Numbered from the stretch's first letter, positions 44,879-54,082 are shown. The stretch: DNA of 64,000 nt from Paracoccus sp. (in: a-proteobacteria) (GCF_030538495.1 NZ_JAUNTW010000008.1:82683-146682), one strand, 5' to 3'. Numbers and translations are program-made. Notes: generated by a model from the letters alone, not told the origin.

Positions 44879-45910
44879 TTACGCTGCGTCACCCAGCAAT
44901 TCGCGGGCGATTTTGCGGACGATGGGGGCGGCTTCGGCCTCGGACATGCCGGGGCGCAGGCGGGGGTCATACAGGATTTTCAACAGAAATTCGTCATGCC
45001 GGGTCAGCAGAGCGAATTCTTCGTCATCGTTGAAAATGGACGGGCGCGCGGCGGGGCTGTCATTGGCCAGCCCCATCCCCTGCGCCAGTTCTTCGTGGAT
45101 GCAGGATGTGCGCAAGAGCGGCGGTAATTCCGCCCGGATCAGCGCCACAGCATAGGAATAGGTCGCCTGCGCCCCCCGGGAATAGGCGAACACGCTGCAC
45201 GAAATATCGGGCGGCAGATCGGCCAGCATCGCCACATCCTGCGCCGGAATACCGGGGATCAGGTCGGCCAGACGCGGGCCGATGGCGCGGCGTTCGTCAT
45301 CGGTCAGGATTAAGACGTTGAAATTGCCCGCATCGGCGGTCATCGACACCGGATGCCCGGTCACGCGCGACAGCCGCGCGGCAAAGGCGCCAATCTGCGC
45401 CCGCCATGCGCTGCGTTCGGCGGCGTCGCTGGATGGGCCGAATTCCAACCGGATGCGCACAGGATCGGCCCAACGGCGCAAGGGGGCCGGGCGCGCCTGC
45501 GCGATCAGCCGGTCGCCGTCGCGGCTGTATTCATCAAACAGGGCGATGCGGATGAAATTGCGGGCCAGATCATCGGCGGTAAAGGGCGCGTCGGCGGGCG
45601 CGCGATCGCGGCGCAAACGGCCATCTGCACGCAAACGGGTTTCCATGCGGGCATAGAAATCACGTTGCGATATGCTGGCGGTGCTGGTGGTCGCGGCGGC
45701 GCGTATGGCGGCGCGATTTGCGGCGCGGTTGCGTTCGGCGCGGGCCGCGCGAAGATCGGCCTGCGTCGGCAGGGTGGGCGCCACATCAGGGCGCGCGACC
45801 GGACGGGGGGATGTCGGCGCGGGCGTGGCCACGGGGTCGGGGCGCTGACAGGCGGCGGTTGCCACCAATATCAACGCCACAGCCACCCGTATCAGCCGCG
45901 CCCCCGACAT
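44879..45910 (-). CDS. Lipoprotein of unknown function (DUF2927-like, Rhodobacterales)
   Basis: Signal peptide plus lipobox LVATAAC. Its ATG overlaps the telA-like stop (TAATG). Confidence 0.6.
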   Translation of the reverse strand: MSGARLIRVAVALILVATAACQRPDPVATPAPTSPRPVARPDVAPTLPTQADLRAARAERNRAANRAAIRAAATTSTASISQRDFYARMETRLRADGRLRRDRAPADAPFTADDLARNFIRIALFDEYSRDGDRLIAQARPAPLRRWADPVRIRLEFGPSSDAAERSAWRAQIGAFAARLSRVTGHPVSMTADAGNFNVLILTDDERRAIGPRLADLIPGIPAQDVAMLADLPPDISCSVFAYSRGAQATYSYAVALIRAELPPLLRTSCIHEELAQGMGLANDSPAARPSIFNDDEEFALLTRHDEFLLKILYDPRLRPGMSEAEAAPIVRKIARELLGDAA

Positions 45911-47094
45911 TACGCGCCGCGCTGTTCCGTGATGGCCGCCGTCTGATGACGGGCCGATGCGGATGACAAGGCGTCGCGCAGGTCACCCTCCATCCGGGTC
46001 AGTTCGGTTTCGGCGGCGGCGCGGCGGGCCTTACCTTCGTCGGCGATGCGCAGGCTATCCTCGATCGTGGCGATCAGTTCGGCATTGGCGGCCTGCACGG
46101 CCTGAATGTCAAACACGCCGCGTTCGGTTTCGGTGCGGATTTGCGCATTGGCCTGACGCAGATTTTCGGCGTTTTTCGTCAGCAATTCATTGGTCAAATC
46201 GCTGGCCTCGCGCACGGCGCGGGCGGCATCGGCGCTGCGCTGAATGGTGACGGCCTGCGCCAGCTGCGTTTCCCACAGCGGCACCGTATTCACCAAGGTG
46301 CTGTTGATTTTCGTGACCAGCGATTTGTCGTTTTCCTGCACCAACCGGATCGAGGGCAGCGACTGCATCGTCACCTGACGGGTCAGTTTCAGGTCATGCA
46401 CGCGGCGTTCCAGATCATCGCGCAGGGTGCGCAGATCGCGCAGTTCCTGCGCCTCCATCACCTGATCTTCGGGGGCTTTGGCGGCAACCTCGGCCTCTTT
46501 CGCCGGAATGGTGGTGCTGTCCAGTTCGCGCAGTTTTTCTTCGCCCGCAGCGATATACAGCGCCAGTTCGTCATAAAAGGCCAGCGTGCGATCATACAGC
46601 ACATCCAGCGATTTGATATCTTTTAACAGGGTTTGTTCATGCGTTTCCAGATCGGTGGTGATGCGGTCAATCTGGGTTTGCACCTGTTCATAATTCGCCA
46701 CGAATTTGGCAAAGGGCGCGGACCGGCCCAGCAGCTTTTCCCACCACGACCGGGTGCGGCGCATGTCCAGTTCGGATGTGGAAAAACCGCGAATGGTGGT
46801 GACGACCTGACGCAGGCTATCGCCCGCCGGGCCAACATCCTTGGATTTCACATCGGCCAGCATTTGTTGGCTGATTTCTTGCAGGCTGGCCTGCGCGCGG
46901 GTGCCGAACCGGACGATGGAACCCGTGTCGCGCAGGTCGATTTCGTCCATGCGTTTGCGGATTTCAGCGGCGGTCGCGGTGTCCGCCTGAGACAGCGCGA
47001 CGGGCTGCGCCTGCGGTTCGGCCAGCACAACGGCGGTCACTTCTTCGATGTCTTTCAAGGCGGCTTCGGCGCGGCGGCGGGTGTCTTGGGTCAT
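45910..47094 (-). CDS. telA: TelA/KlaA-family toxic-anion-resistance protein (long coiled-coil)
   Basis: ~395 aa alpha-helical protein matching the TelA-family pattern throughout (MTQDTRRRAEAAL...). The start was chosen at M51 of the track ORF. Confidence 0.7.
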   Translation of the reverse strand: MTQDTRRRAEAALKDIEEVTAVVLAEPQAQPVALSQADTATAAEIRKRMDEIDLRDTGSIVRFGTRAQASLQEISQQMLADVKSKDVGPAGDSLRQVVTTIRGFSTSELDMRRTRSWWEKLLGRSAPFAKFVANYEQVQTQIDRITTDLETHEQTLLKDIKSLDVLYDRTLAFYDELALYIAAGEEKLRELDSTTIPAKEAEVAAKAPEDQVMEAQELRDLRTLRDDLERRVHDLKLTRQVTMQSLPSIRLVQENDKSLVTKINSTLVNTVPLWETQLAQAVTIQRSADAARAVREASDLTNELLTKNAENLRQANAQIRTETERGVFDIQAVQAANAELIATIEDSLRIADEGKARRAAAETELTRMEGDLRDALSSASARHQTAAITEQRGA

Positions 47095-47207
47095 CGGTGG
47101 TCCTTTCGTCGGACATATGCGGCGGGACGGTTCAGGCGCAGCATAGGCAAAGTTCACCGCCCTGCAACCGGTCAAACATGAAATCGTTCCACTCGCGCAA
47201 AAGGATC

Positions 47208-47221
47208 GGGGGCTAGCCCCC
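47208..47221 (-). terminator. Perfect palindrome GGGGGCTAGCCCCC followed on the minus strand by CCTTTTG; likely the fadB terminator
   Basis: Seen directly, 36 nt downstream of the fadB stop. Confidence 0.55.
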
Positions 47222-47230
47222 GAACCCCCA

Positions 47231-47252
47231 GAGTATTTGCGCACAGAAGAAG
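47231..47252 (+). repeat. Copy 2 of the conserved 22-bp motif family (GAGTATTTGCGCACAGAAGAAG)
   Basis: It shares TATTT-N3-CACAGAAGA with the four other copies. Confidence 0.7.
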
Positions 47253-47256
47253 CGGC

Positions 47257-49431
47257 CTAGGCTGCCTTTTGGGCAAAGCGCTGATAGAAGTCTTCGCCTT
47301 TTTCGGCCATGTCACGCAGCAGGTCCGGCGCGGCAAAGCGGTCGCCATAGTGCGCGGCCAGCCCGTCGGCGATGTCAACCGCGCGGGCGGCGCCCATCAT
47401 GTCCAGCCAGCTGAACGGCCCGCCCGACCACGGCGCAAAGCCCCAGCCCAGAATCGCGCCGACATCGCCTTCGCGAATGTCGGTCAGAACGCCGTCTTGC
47501 AGGGCGCGCACGGCCTCGATCGTTTGGGCGAACATCAGGCGGTGCTGAACCGTGGTCAGGTCGGGCTGTTCGCCCTGCGGCCAATGATCAGCCAGCCCCG
47601 GCCACAGCCCGCCGCGTTTGCCCGCATCGTCGTAATCGTAAAAGCCCGCGCCAGCCTTGCGGCCCATGCGCCCCAGATCGGCCAGTTTGAAGATCACGTC
47701 ATCAACCGCGCCATCGGGATAGGCGTCGCCCATGGCGGCCCGCGTGGCGCGCGCGATTTTCACGCCCAGATCAATCGACGTTTCGTCAACCAACTGCAGC
47801 GGACCCAGCGGCATCCCCATCATTTTCGCCGCGTTTTCGATCAGCGTGGGGTTCACGCCTTCGCCGACCATGCGGATGCCTTCGTTGATATAGGGGATGA
47901 TGCAGCGATTGGCGTAAAAGAACCGCGCGTCATTCACCACGATCGGCGTTTTGCGGATTTGGCGCACGAAATCCAATGCCTTGGCCACGGCGCGGTCGCC
48001 GGTTTGTTTGCCGCGGATGATTTCCACCAGCAGCATCTTATCAACGGGGCTAAAGAAGTGGATGCCGATAAACTGATCGGGCCGCGCCGATGCCTGTGCC
48101 AGATCGCTGATCGGCAGGGTGGATGTGTTGGTCGCGAAAATCGCATCCGGCGGGATCACGGCTTCGGCCTGTTGGGTAACCTGGGCCTTGATCGCGGGGT
48201 CTTCGAACACGGCTTCAATCACCAGATCGCAGCCGTCAAGCGCGGCATAATCGGTCGTGGCGTGGATGCGGGCCAGCACCTGTTCTTTCTTATCCTCGGT
48301 CGCTTTTTTGCGGCTGATGGCTTTGTCCAGAAGGCCCGCCGAATACGCCTTGCCCCGATCCGCCGAATCCTGCGCGGCGTCGATCAGCACAACGTCGATC
48401 CCCGCCATGGCCGAGACATAGGCGATGCCCGCGCCCATCATCCCCGCGCCAATAACGCCGACCTTGCGCACCTTTTGATCGGGGGCCTCGGGGCGGTTTG
48501 CGCCTTTTTCCAATGCCTCTTTGTTGATGAACAGGCTGCGGATCATGGCGGTGGATGACGGGTTCATCAGCACATTGGTGAACCAGCGGGCCTCGATCCG
48601 CAGGGCGGTGTCAAAGGGCACCTGCGCGCCTTCGTAAACGGCCGACAGCAGCGCGCGCGCGGCGGGATAGACCCCCATGGTTTTGCCATGCACCATGGCC
48701 GAGGCCCCGACAAAGGTCATAAACCCCGCCGGATGATAGGGCGTGCCGCCGGGCATTTTGTAGCCGCGCGCATCCCACGGTTTCACCAGATCGGCGTCGG
48801 TCGCATTCAGCACCCAGTCGCGCGCGGCGGCGACGGGATCGGCCACAACCTCATCCACGACGCCGGCGGCTTTGGCCTTGTGCGGGGCGTTCAGTTTGCC
48901 TTCCAGCAGCAGGGGGGCGGCGGCCATGACGCCCATTTTCCGGGTCAGCCGCGTGGTGCCGCCCGCGCCGGGGAAAATGCCGACCATGATTTCCGGCAGC
49001 CCGATTTTCGCGCGCGGATTATCGGCGGCAAAGATGCGATGCGTCGCCAGAGGCAGTTCCAGACCGATGCCAAGCGCGGTGCCGGGCAGGGCGGTGGCAA
49101 TCGGTTTACCACCTTTCAGCGTTTTCGGATCCATCCCGGCGCGTTCGATTTTGCGCAGCACGGCATGCAGGGTCATGATGCCGTTATAGACCGATTCGGC
49201 CCCGCTTTCTTTCAGTTGTGCAATCACATTCAGGTCCATCCCACCGGCAAAATCGGGCTTGCCGGATGTGATCACAATGCCCTTGACCGCCGGATCCGCG
49301 ATCGCGTCGTCGATCAGCATGTTCAACGTCGCCACGCCTTGCAGCGACAGCACATTCATCGACTTGCCCGGAACGTCCCAGGTAATAATGGCCACGCCAT
49401 CGTCGCCGGTTTTCATGGTGAAATCGGTCAT
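47257..49431 (-). CDS. fadB: Fatty-acid oxidation complex alpha subunit (enoyl-CoA hydratase / 3-hydroxyacyl-CoA dehydrogenase)
   Basis: N-terminal crotonase fold and a central NAD-binding motif VGVIGAGMMGAGIA. Start at MTDFTMK with an AAGGA RBS. Confidence 0.9.
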   Translation of the reverse strand: MTDFTMKTGDDGVAIITWDVPGKSMNVLSLQGVATLNMLIDDAIADPAVKGIVITSGKPDFAGGMDLNVIAQLKESGAESVYNGIMTLHAVLRKIERAGMDPKTLKGGKPIATALPGTALGIGLELPLATHRIFAADNPRAKIGLPEIMVGIFPGAGGTTRLTRKMGVMAAAPLLLEGKLNAPHKAKAAGVVDEVVADPVAAARDWVLNATDADLVKPWDARGYKMPGGTPYHPAGFMTFVGASAMVHGKTMGVYPAARALLSAVYEGAQVPFDTALRIEARWFTNVLMNPSSTAMIRSLFINKEALEKGANRPEAPDQKVRKVGVIGAGMMGAGIAYVSAMAGIDVVLIDAAQDSADRGKAYSAGLLDKAISRKKATEDKKEQVLARIHATTDYAALDGCDLVIEAVFEDPAIKAQVTQQAEAVIPPDAIFATNTSTLPISDLAQASARPDQFIGIHFFSPVDKMLLVEIIRGKQTGDRAVAKALDFVRQIRKTPIVVNDARFFYANRCIIPYINEGIRMVGEGVNPTLIENAAKMMGMPLGPLQLVDETSIDLGVKIARATRAAMGDAYPDGAVDDVIFKLADLGRMGRKAGAGFYDYDDAGKRGGLWPGLADHWPQGEQPDLTTVQHRLMFAQTIEAVRALQDGVLTDIREGDVGAILGWGFAPWSGGPFSWLDMMGAARAVDIADGLAAHYGDRFAAPDLLRDMAEKGEDFYQRFAQKAA

Positions 49432-49442
49432 GTCGGTGTTCC

Positions 49443-50654
49443 TTATACGCGTTCGATGATGGTCGCCGCGCCCATGCCGGACGCGATGCACAGGGTGGCA
49501 AGGCCGGTCGATTTGCCCTGACGTTCCAATTCATCCAGCAAGGTGCCGATGATGATGGCGCCCGACGCGCCCAGCGGGTGACCCATGGCAATCGCACCGC
49601 CATTGACGTTGACGATGTCGGGCGACACGTCAAACGCCTGCTGGAACCGCAAAACAACGGATGCGAAGGCTTCGTTCACCTCGAACAGGTCGATGTCGCT
49701 GATGGTCATGCCGGATTCGCGCAGGATTTTCTCGGTCACATTAACCGGGCCGGTCAGCATCATGGTGGGGTCGCTGCCGATTTTCGCGGTGGCGCGGATG
49801 CGGGCGCGGGGTTTCAGATCATGCGCGCGGCCAAATTCGGCATTGCCAATCAGCATCGCCGCCGCCCCGTCCACGATGCCCGAGCTGTTGCCCGCGTGGT
49901 GGATGTGGTTAATTTCCGCCAGATGCGGGAATTTCAGCATTGCTACTTTGTCAAATCCGGGCATGACCTGCCCCATATCGGCAAAGCTGGCGCGCAGCTT
50001 CGACAGATCATCCTGCGTCGTTGCGGGGCGCATATATTCGTCGCGTTCCAGAATGGTCAGGCCGTTCTGATCGCGCACCGGGATGACCGACTGGCCAAAG
50101 CGGTTTTCCTGCCAGGCCTGCGCCGCGCGCCGCTGGCTTTCGGTGGCCAAGGCGTCCGCATCGTTGCGGGAAAAGCCATAAGTTGTCGCGATCAGATCGG
50201 CGGCAATGCCTTGGGGGACGAAATAGGTCGGAAAGGTCACGGTGGGGTCCACGGCAACCGCGGCGCCGTCGCTGCCCATGGGAACGCGGCTCATCATTTC
50301 GACGCCGCCCGCGATATAGGCGCTGCCCGCCCCCGCACGCAGTTGGTTGGCGGCCAGATTGACAGCCTCCATCCCCGAGGCGCAGAAGCGGTTGATCGAC
50401 AGGCCCGGCGTGGACGGGTCCAGTTTCGACGCAAGCGCAACCGTGCGCGCCAGACAGCCACCCTGTTCGCCGATTTGGGTGACATTGCCCCAGATCAGAT
50501 CCTCGACCCCGCTGCCGGTCAGACCGTTGCGGTCCAGCATCGCATCGACCAGACGCGACGACAGCGCGACCGAGGTCACCTCGTGCAGGGCGCCATCGGG
50601 GCGGCCCTTGCCGCGCGGCGTGCGAACGGCGTCATAGATAAAGGCTTCGGTCAT
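49443..50654 (-). CDS. fadA: Acetyl-CoA C-acyltransferase (3-ketoacyl-CoA thiolase)
   Basis: The thiolase active-site Cys motif NRFCASGMEA and the C-terminal GLATLCIASGMGAA. Start at MTEAFIYDAVRTPRGKG with a GGAGGA RBS. Confidence 0.92.
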   Translation of the reverse strand: MTEAFIYDAVRTPRGKGRPDGALHEVTSVALSSRLVDAMLDRNGLTGSGVEDLIWGNVTQIGEQGGCLARTVALASKLDPSTPGLSINRFCASGMEAVNLAANQLRAGAGSAYIAGGVEMMSRVPMGSDGAAVAVDPTVTFPTYFVPQGIAADLIATTYGFSRNDADALATESQRRAAQAWQENRFGQSVIPVRDQNGLTILERDEYMRPATTQDDLSKLRASFADMGQVMPGFDKVAMLKFPHLAEINHIHHAGNSSGIVDGAAAMLIGNAEFGRAHDLKPRARIRATAKIGSDPTMMLTGPVNVTEKILRESGMTISDIDLFEVNEAFASVVLRFQQAFDVSPDIVNVNGGAIAMGHPLGASGAIIIGTLLDELERQGKSTGLATLCIASGMGAATIIERV

Positions 50655-50753
50655 GATTCCTCCTCCGGGTGGCCCGGTTGATGTGGCAGGCATCCGCCCC
50701 AGCGGGCAGAGTGCAACAAAGATGTAAATGTCCGGTTAACAGCGCAGGATATT

Positions 50754-50775
50754 GAGTATTTTTGCACAGAAGAAG
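50754..50775 (+). repeat. Copy 3 of the 22-bp motif (GAGTATTTTTGCACAGAAGAAG); the left arm of an inverted pair
   Basis: Seen directly. Confidence 0.75.
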
Positions 50776-50817
50776 CCCGCCGTTCCGCCCGACCGTGACC
50801 AGTGGGCGCGACGGGAT

Positions 50818-50840
50818 GTTTCTTCTGTGTCCAAATACTC
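50818..50840 (-). repeat. Copy 4 (reverse complement GAGTATTTGGACACAGAAGAAA); the right arm of the inverted pair
   Basis: Seen directly. Together with copy 3 it forms an ~87-bp MITE-like element. Confidence 0.75.
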
Positions 50841-50871
50841 ATATCCCTCACCTGCGGGCGGGTGCCGCGTT

Positions 50872-52647
50872 TCAGAATTGGTCGGCGTCCAAGGCCATGA
50901 CCGGATCCGCGCCTGACTGGATGCGGGCCAGATGGGTGGCGGTCATCGGCAATTGCCGCGCCATGTAATAACGCCCTGTGGTCAGTTTGGTGCGCATGAA
51001 ATCCACGTCATCCGTGCCTGCGTCCAGTGCCGCCTGTGCCGCAACGGCCATGCGCGCCCACATCAGGCCCAATGCCGTATGGCCGAACAGATGCATAAAA
51101 TCATATGACCCGGCCAATGCGTCATTGGGGTTCGTCATGCCGCGTTCCATAAAGAACATCGCCGCCGCTTGCAGGTCTTTCGACGCGGCTTTCAGCGGTG
51201 CGATGAAATCAGCGGCCAGCGGGCCGTCGCCGTGTTCTTTGCAGAAATCACGGATCATCTGGAAAAACGCCATGATGTGTTTGCCGCCGTCCTGCGCCAG
51301 CTTGCGCCCGACCAGATCCAAGGCCTGCACGCCATTCGCGCCTTCGTAGATCATGGTGATACGGGCGTCGCGGACGAATTGCGACATGCCGTGTTCTTCG
51401 ATATAGCCATGCCCGCCATAGACCTGCTGCGCCAGCACGGTGGTGTCAAAGCCTTTGTCGGTCAGGAACCCTTTGATCACCGGGGTCAGAAGCGAGATCA
51501 TCCCTTCGGCATCCGCGTCATTGGCCATGCTGCTGCGGTCGATCAGATGCGCGCCCCACAAGGTCAGCATCCGCGCGCCCTCAAGGAAGGATTTCTGATC
51601 CATCAGGCTGCGGCGAATATCGGGATGCACGATCAGCGGATCGGCGGGGCCGTCCGGGTTTTCTGCGCCCGTCACCGCGCGCCCCTGCAAACGGTCGCGG
51701 GCATAGGCGACCGCGTTCTGATAGGCGGCAACCGCCACGGCGTAACCTTGCAGGCCGACGCCCAGACGCGCTTCGTTCATCATGGTGAACATGGCGCGCA
51801 TCCCTTTGTGCAGATCGCCCAAGAGCCAGCCCTGCGCGTCGTCAAAGTTCATCACACAGGTGGCGTTGCCGTGGATGCCCATTTTATGTTCAAGCGCGCC
51901 GACACTGACGCCGTTCCGGTCGCCCAGACTGCCATCATCATTGATCAGCAATTTCGGCACGATGAACAGGCTGATGCCGCGCGTGCCGGGGCCGCCTCCG
52001 GGGGCTTTGGCCAGAACCAGATGGATCACGTTTTCCGAAAGGTCATGATCACCGGCCGAGATGAAAATCTTTTGCCCCGTAATACGATAGCTGCCATCGT
52101 CCTGCGGTTCAGCGCGCGTGCGCAACAGACCCAGATCGGTGCCGCAATGCGGTTCGGTCAGGTTCATCGTGCCGGTCCAGTCGCAGCTGACCATTTTCGG
52201 CAGATAGGTGGCCTTCTGGTCGTCGGTGCCATGCGTGTGGATCGCGGAATAGGCGCCATGCGTCAGGCCCTGATACATGTTGAACGCCATATTCGCGGAC
52301 ACAAACATCTCGCCCGTGGCCACGCCCATCACATAAGGCATGCCCTGACCGCCATAATCGGGGTCGCAATCAAGCGCGGTCCAGCCGCCATCTTTGACCG
52401 CCTGAAACGCCGCGCCGAATCCGTCCGGGGTGCGCACAACGCCGTTTTCCAGAACGCAGCCCTGCCGGTCTCCAACCGCGTTCAGGGGGACCAGCACATC
52501 GGCGGACAGTTTGCCCGCCGCGTCCAGAACCGCCTGGGTAAAGCTGGCATCCAGTTCATCGTGACCCGGCAAAGCGGTTTCCGACAGTTTCAGCACATGA
52601 TGCAGCGCAAACTGCATGTCTTGGATCGGGGGCGCATAAATGGTCAT
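50872..52647 (-). CDS. Large (591 aa) acyl-CoA dehydrogenase family protein with an N-terminal extension (FadE/AidB-like)
   Basis: Acyl-CoA dehydrogenase middle and C-terminal domains (the YEGANGVQA pattern). Its ATG is 3 nt downstream of the merR1 stop. Confidence 0.8.
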   Translation of the reverse strand: MTIYAPPIQDMQFALHHVLKLSETALPGHDELDASFTQAVLDAAGKLSADVLVPLNAVGDRQGCVLENGVVRTPDGFGAAFQAVKDGGWTALDCDPDYGGQGMPYVMGVATGEMFVSANMAFNMYQGLTHGAYSAIHTHGTDDQKATYLPKMVSCDWTGTMNLTEPHCGTDLGLLRTRAEPQDDGSYRITGQKIFISAGDHDLSENVIHLVLAKAPGGGPGTRGISLFIVPKLLINDDGSLGDRNGVSVGALEHKMGIHGNATCVMNFDDAQGWLLGDLHKGMRAMFTMMNEARLGVGLQGYAVAVAAYQNAVAYARDRLQGRAVTGAENPDGPADPLIVHPDIRRSLMDQKSFLEGARMLTLWGAHLIDRSSMANDADAEGMISLLTPVIKGFLTDKGFDTTVLAQQVYGGHGYIEEHGMSQFVRDARITMIYEGANGVQALDLVGRKLAQDGGKHIMAFFQMIRDFCKEHGDGPLAADFIAPLKAASKDLQAAAMFFMERGMTNPNDALAGSYDFMHLFGHTALGLMWARMAVAAQAALDAGTDDVDFMRTKLTTGRYYMARQLPMTATHLARIQSGADPVMALDADQF

Positions 52648-52650
52648 GGT

Positions 52651-53043
52651 TTATCCTGTTGGAGATGTCGGGCTGGTGATCCCAGCCTCGGCGTCGAAAA
52701 TCTGGGCGCGGAGGTCGGAAATCGCCTCGGCCAGTTCGGCATATTGGTGTTCCATATCGTTCAGACGTTCGCGTGCAATGGCCACGGTTGCCGCGATCTG
52801 GGCGCTGTTCGCGCCGCCGGGTTGATACAGTTCCAGCAATTGCCGGATCTGTTCCAGACTGAAGCCAAAGCGTTTTCCCCGCAGGATCAGCGTCAGCCGC
52901 GCGCGGTCGCGACGGTCATACAGACGGTGCTGACCTCGTCTTTGCGGAGAAATCAGTTCCCGCGATTCATAAAAGCGCAGGGTGCGGGGTGTAACGTCAA
53001 AGGCGTCACACATCTGCCGAATGGTCATCAGCGTGTCGGACAT
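52651..53043 (-). CDS. MerR-family transcriptional regulator (LiuR-like), paralog 1
   Basis: HTH FDVTPRTLRFYE plus a coiled-coil C-terminus. 130 aa. Confidence 0.8.
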   Translation of the reverse strand: MSDTLMTIRQMCDAFDVTPRTLRFYESRELISPQRRGQHRLYDRRDRARLTLILRGKRFGFSLEQIRQLLELYQPGGANSAQIAATVAIARERLNDMEHQYAELAEAISDLRAQIFDAEAGITSPTSPTG

Positions 53044-53125
53044 CGTGGCGGTTTCCTCTGTGACCGGCCGTTTCCTGCAGGTCGGTTATAGCAGGGTTGA
53101 CGTGCGCGTAAATTGCGACGCGGCG

Positions 53126-53506
53126 TCAGTCCATGCTGTCCAATTCATGCGCAGCAGTATCCCGCAGGTCGTGCAGGTCCTGTTTCGCAACAATCAATTC
53201 GTCGATCTGGGTCTGAAGATGTTCCAGCTGGCGATCCGCATATTCAATAAGCACCTGATATTGTTCACGCGATCCCTGGTTATCATACATCTGCAACCAC
53301 TGGCGGATTTCTTCCAGCGAAAAACCGAACCGTCGCCCGCGCAAGATAAGGGTCATGCGCGCCACATCACGGGCGTTGTAAAACCGCGCGCGCCCTTCAC
53401 GGGCTGGGTTCAGCAGTTCGATATATTCGTAGTAACGCAATGTGCGCGGGGTCACGTCAAAGCGGGCGCACATATCCTTAAAGTTGATTCGTGTCTGTGT
53501 CGTCAT
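53126..53506 (-). CDS. MerR-family transcriptional regulator, paralog 2
   Basis: FDVTPRTLRYYE HTH. Start chosen at MTTQTR with a GAGGTGGA RBS. It shares a LTLILRG[KR]RFGFSLE[EQ]IRQ block with paralog 1. Confidence 0.75.
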   Translation of the reverse strand: MTTQTRINFKDMCARFDVTPRTLRYYEYIELLNPAREGRARFYNARDVARMTLILRGRRFGFSLEEIRQWLQMYDNQGSREQYQVLIEYADRQLEHLQTQIDELIVAKQDLHDLRDTAAHELDSMD

Positions 53507-53644
53507 GGTCCACCTCGACAAGTTCCCCATGGGTAAAGTTAGGATGCTTTGGCCGGTCACTCAATGCGGCAGTTAAAATTTTCGGGGTCTTGGCCGCGGC
53601 GGGCTGTCGCATTACAAGCGGGCAAACCCATCGGGGACGTAGGC

Positions 53645-54079
53645 ATGACACATAACACCACAATGGCGGATCGTATTCAGCAGACCCGCGACTTTATGCA
53701 GGGGCTGCCTCATGCCCGCGCTTTGGGGATGCGGGTGGATGATCTGGGCGACGGGCGCGCGACGTTAAGCATGGACTGGGCCGCCCATATGGTCGGCGAT
53801 CCGCGCACCGGGGTGGTGCATGGCGGCGTGGTGTCGGCGCTGATGGATACCTGTTGCGGCGCGGCGGTGATGGTGCATCCCGACATGCCGGAAATGACCG
53901 CAACGCTGGATTTGCGCATTGATTATATGCGCGCGGCCACCCCGCAGCAACGGCTGGTCGCCCGCGCCGAGGTGTATCACATGACGCGCAGCGTGGCCTT
54001 TGTCCGGGCGGTTGCCATGGATGACGACACAGAGCGCCCCGTTGCCAGTGCAACCGGCGCCTTTACGGTATTGAGGTAA
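53645..54079 (+). CDS. PaaI/YbgC-type hotdog-fold thioesterase
   Basis: 144 aa. HGGVVSALMDT motif. Divergent from the MerR operon. Confidence 0.75.
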   Translation: MTHNTTMADRIQQTRDFMQGLPHARALGMRVDDLGDGRATLSMDWAAHMVGDPRTGVVHGGVVSALMDTCCGAAVMVHPDMPEMTATLDLRIDYMRAATPQQRLVARAEVYHMTRSVAFVRAVAMDDDTERPVASATGAFTVLR

Positions 54080-54082
54080 GCC

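Noticed and set aside
53044-53125. TTGACG-N21-CGTCA symmetry between the two MerR genes, as a defined LiuR operator
   Set aside because: Only the 5-bp ends are symmetric and I cannot place convincing -35 and -10 elements. It is kept only as a remark inside the MerR finding.
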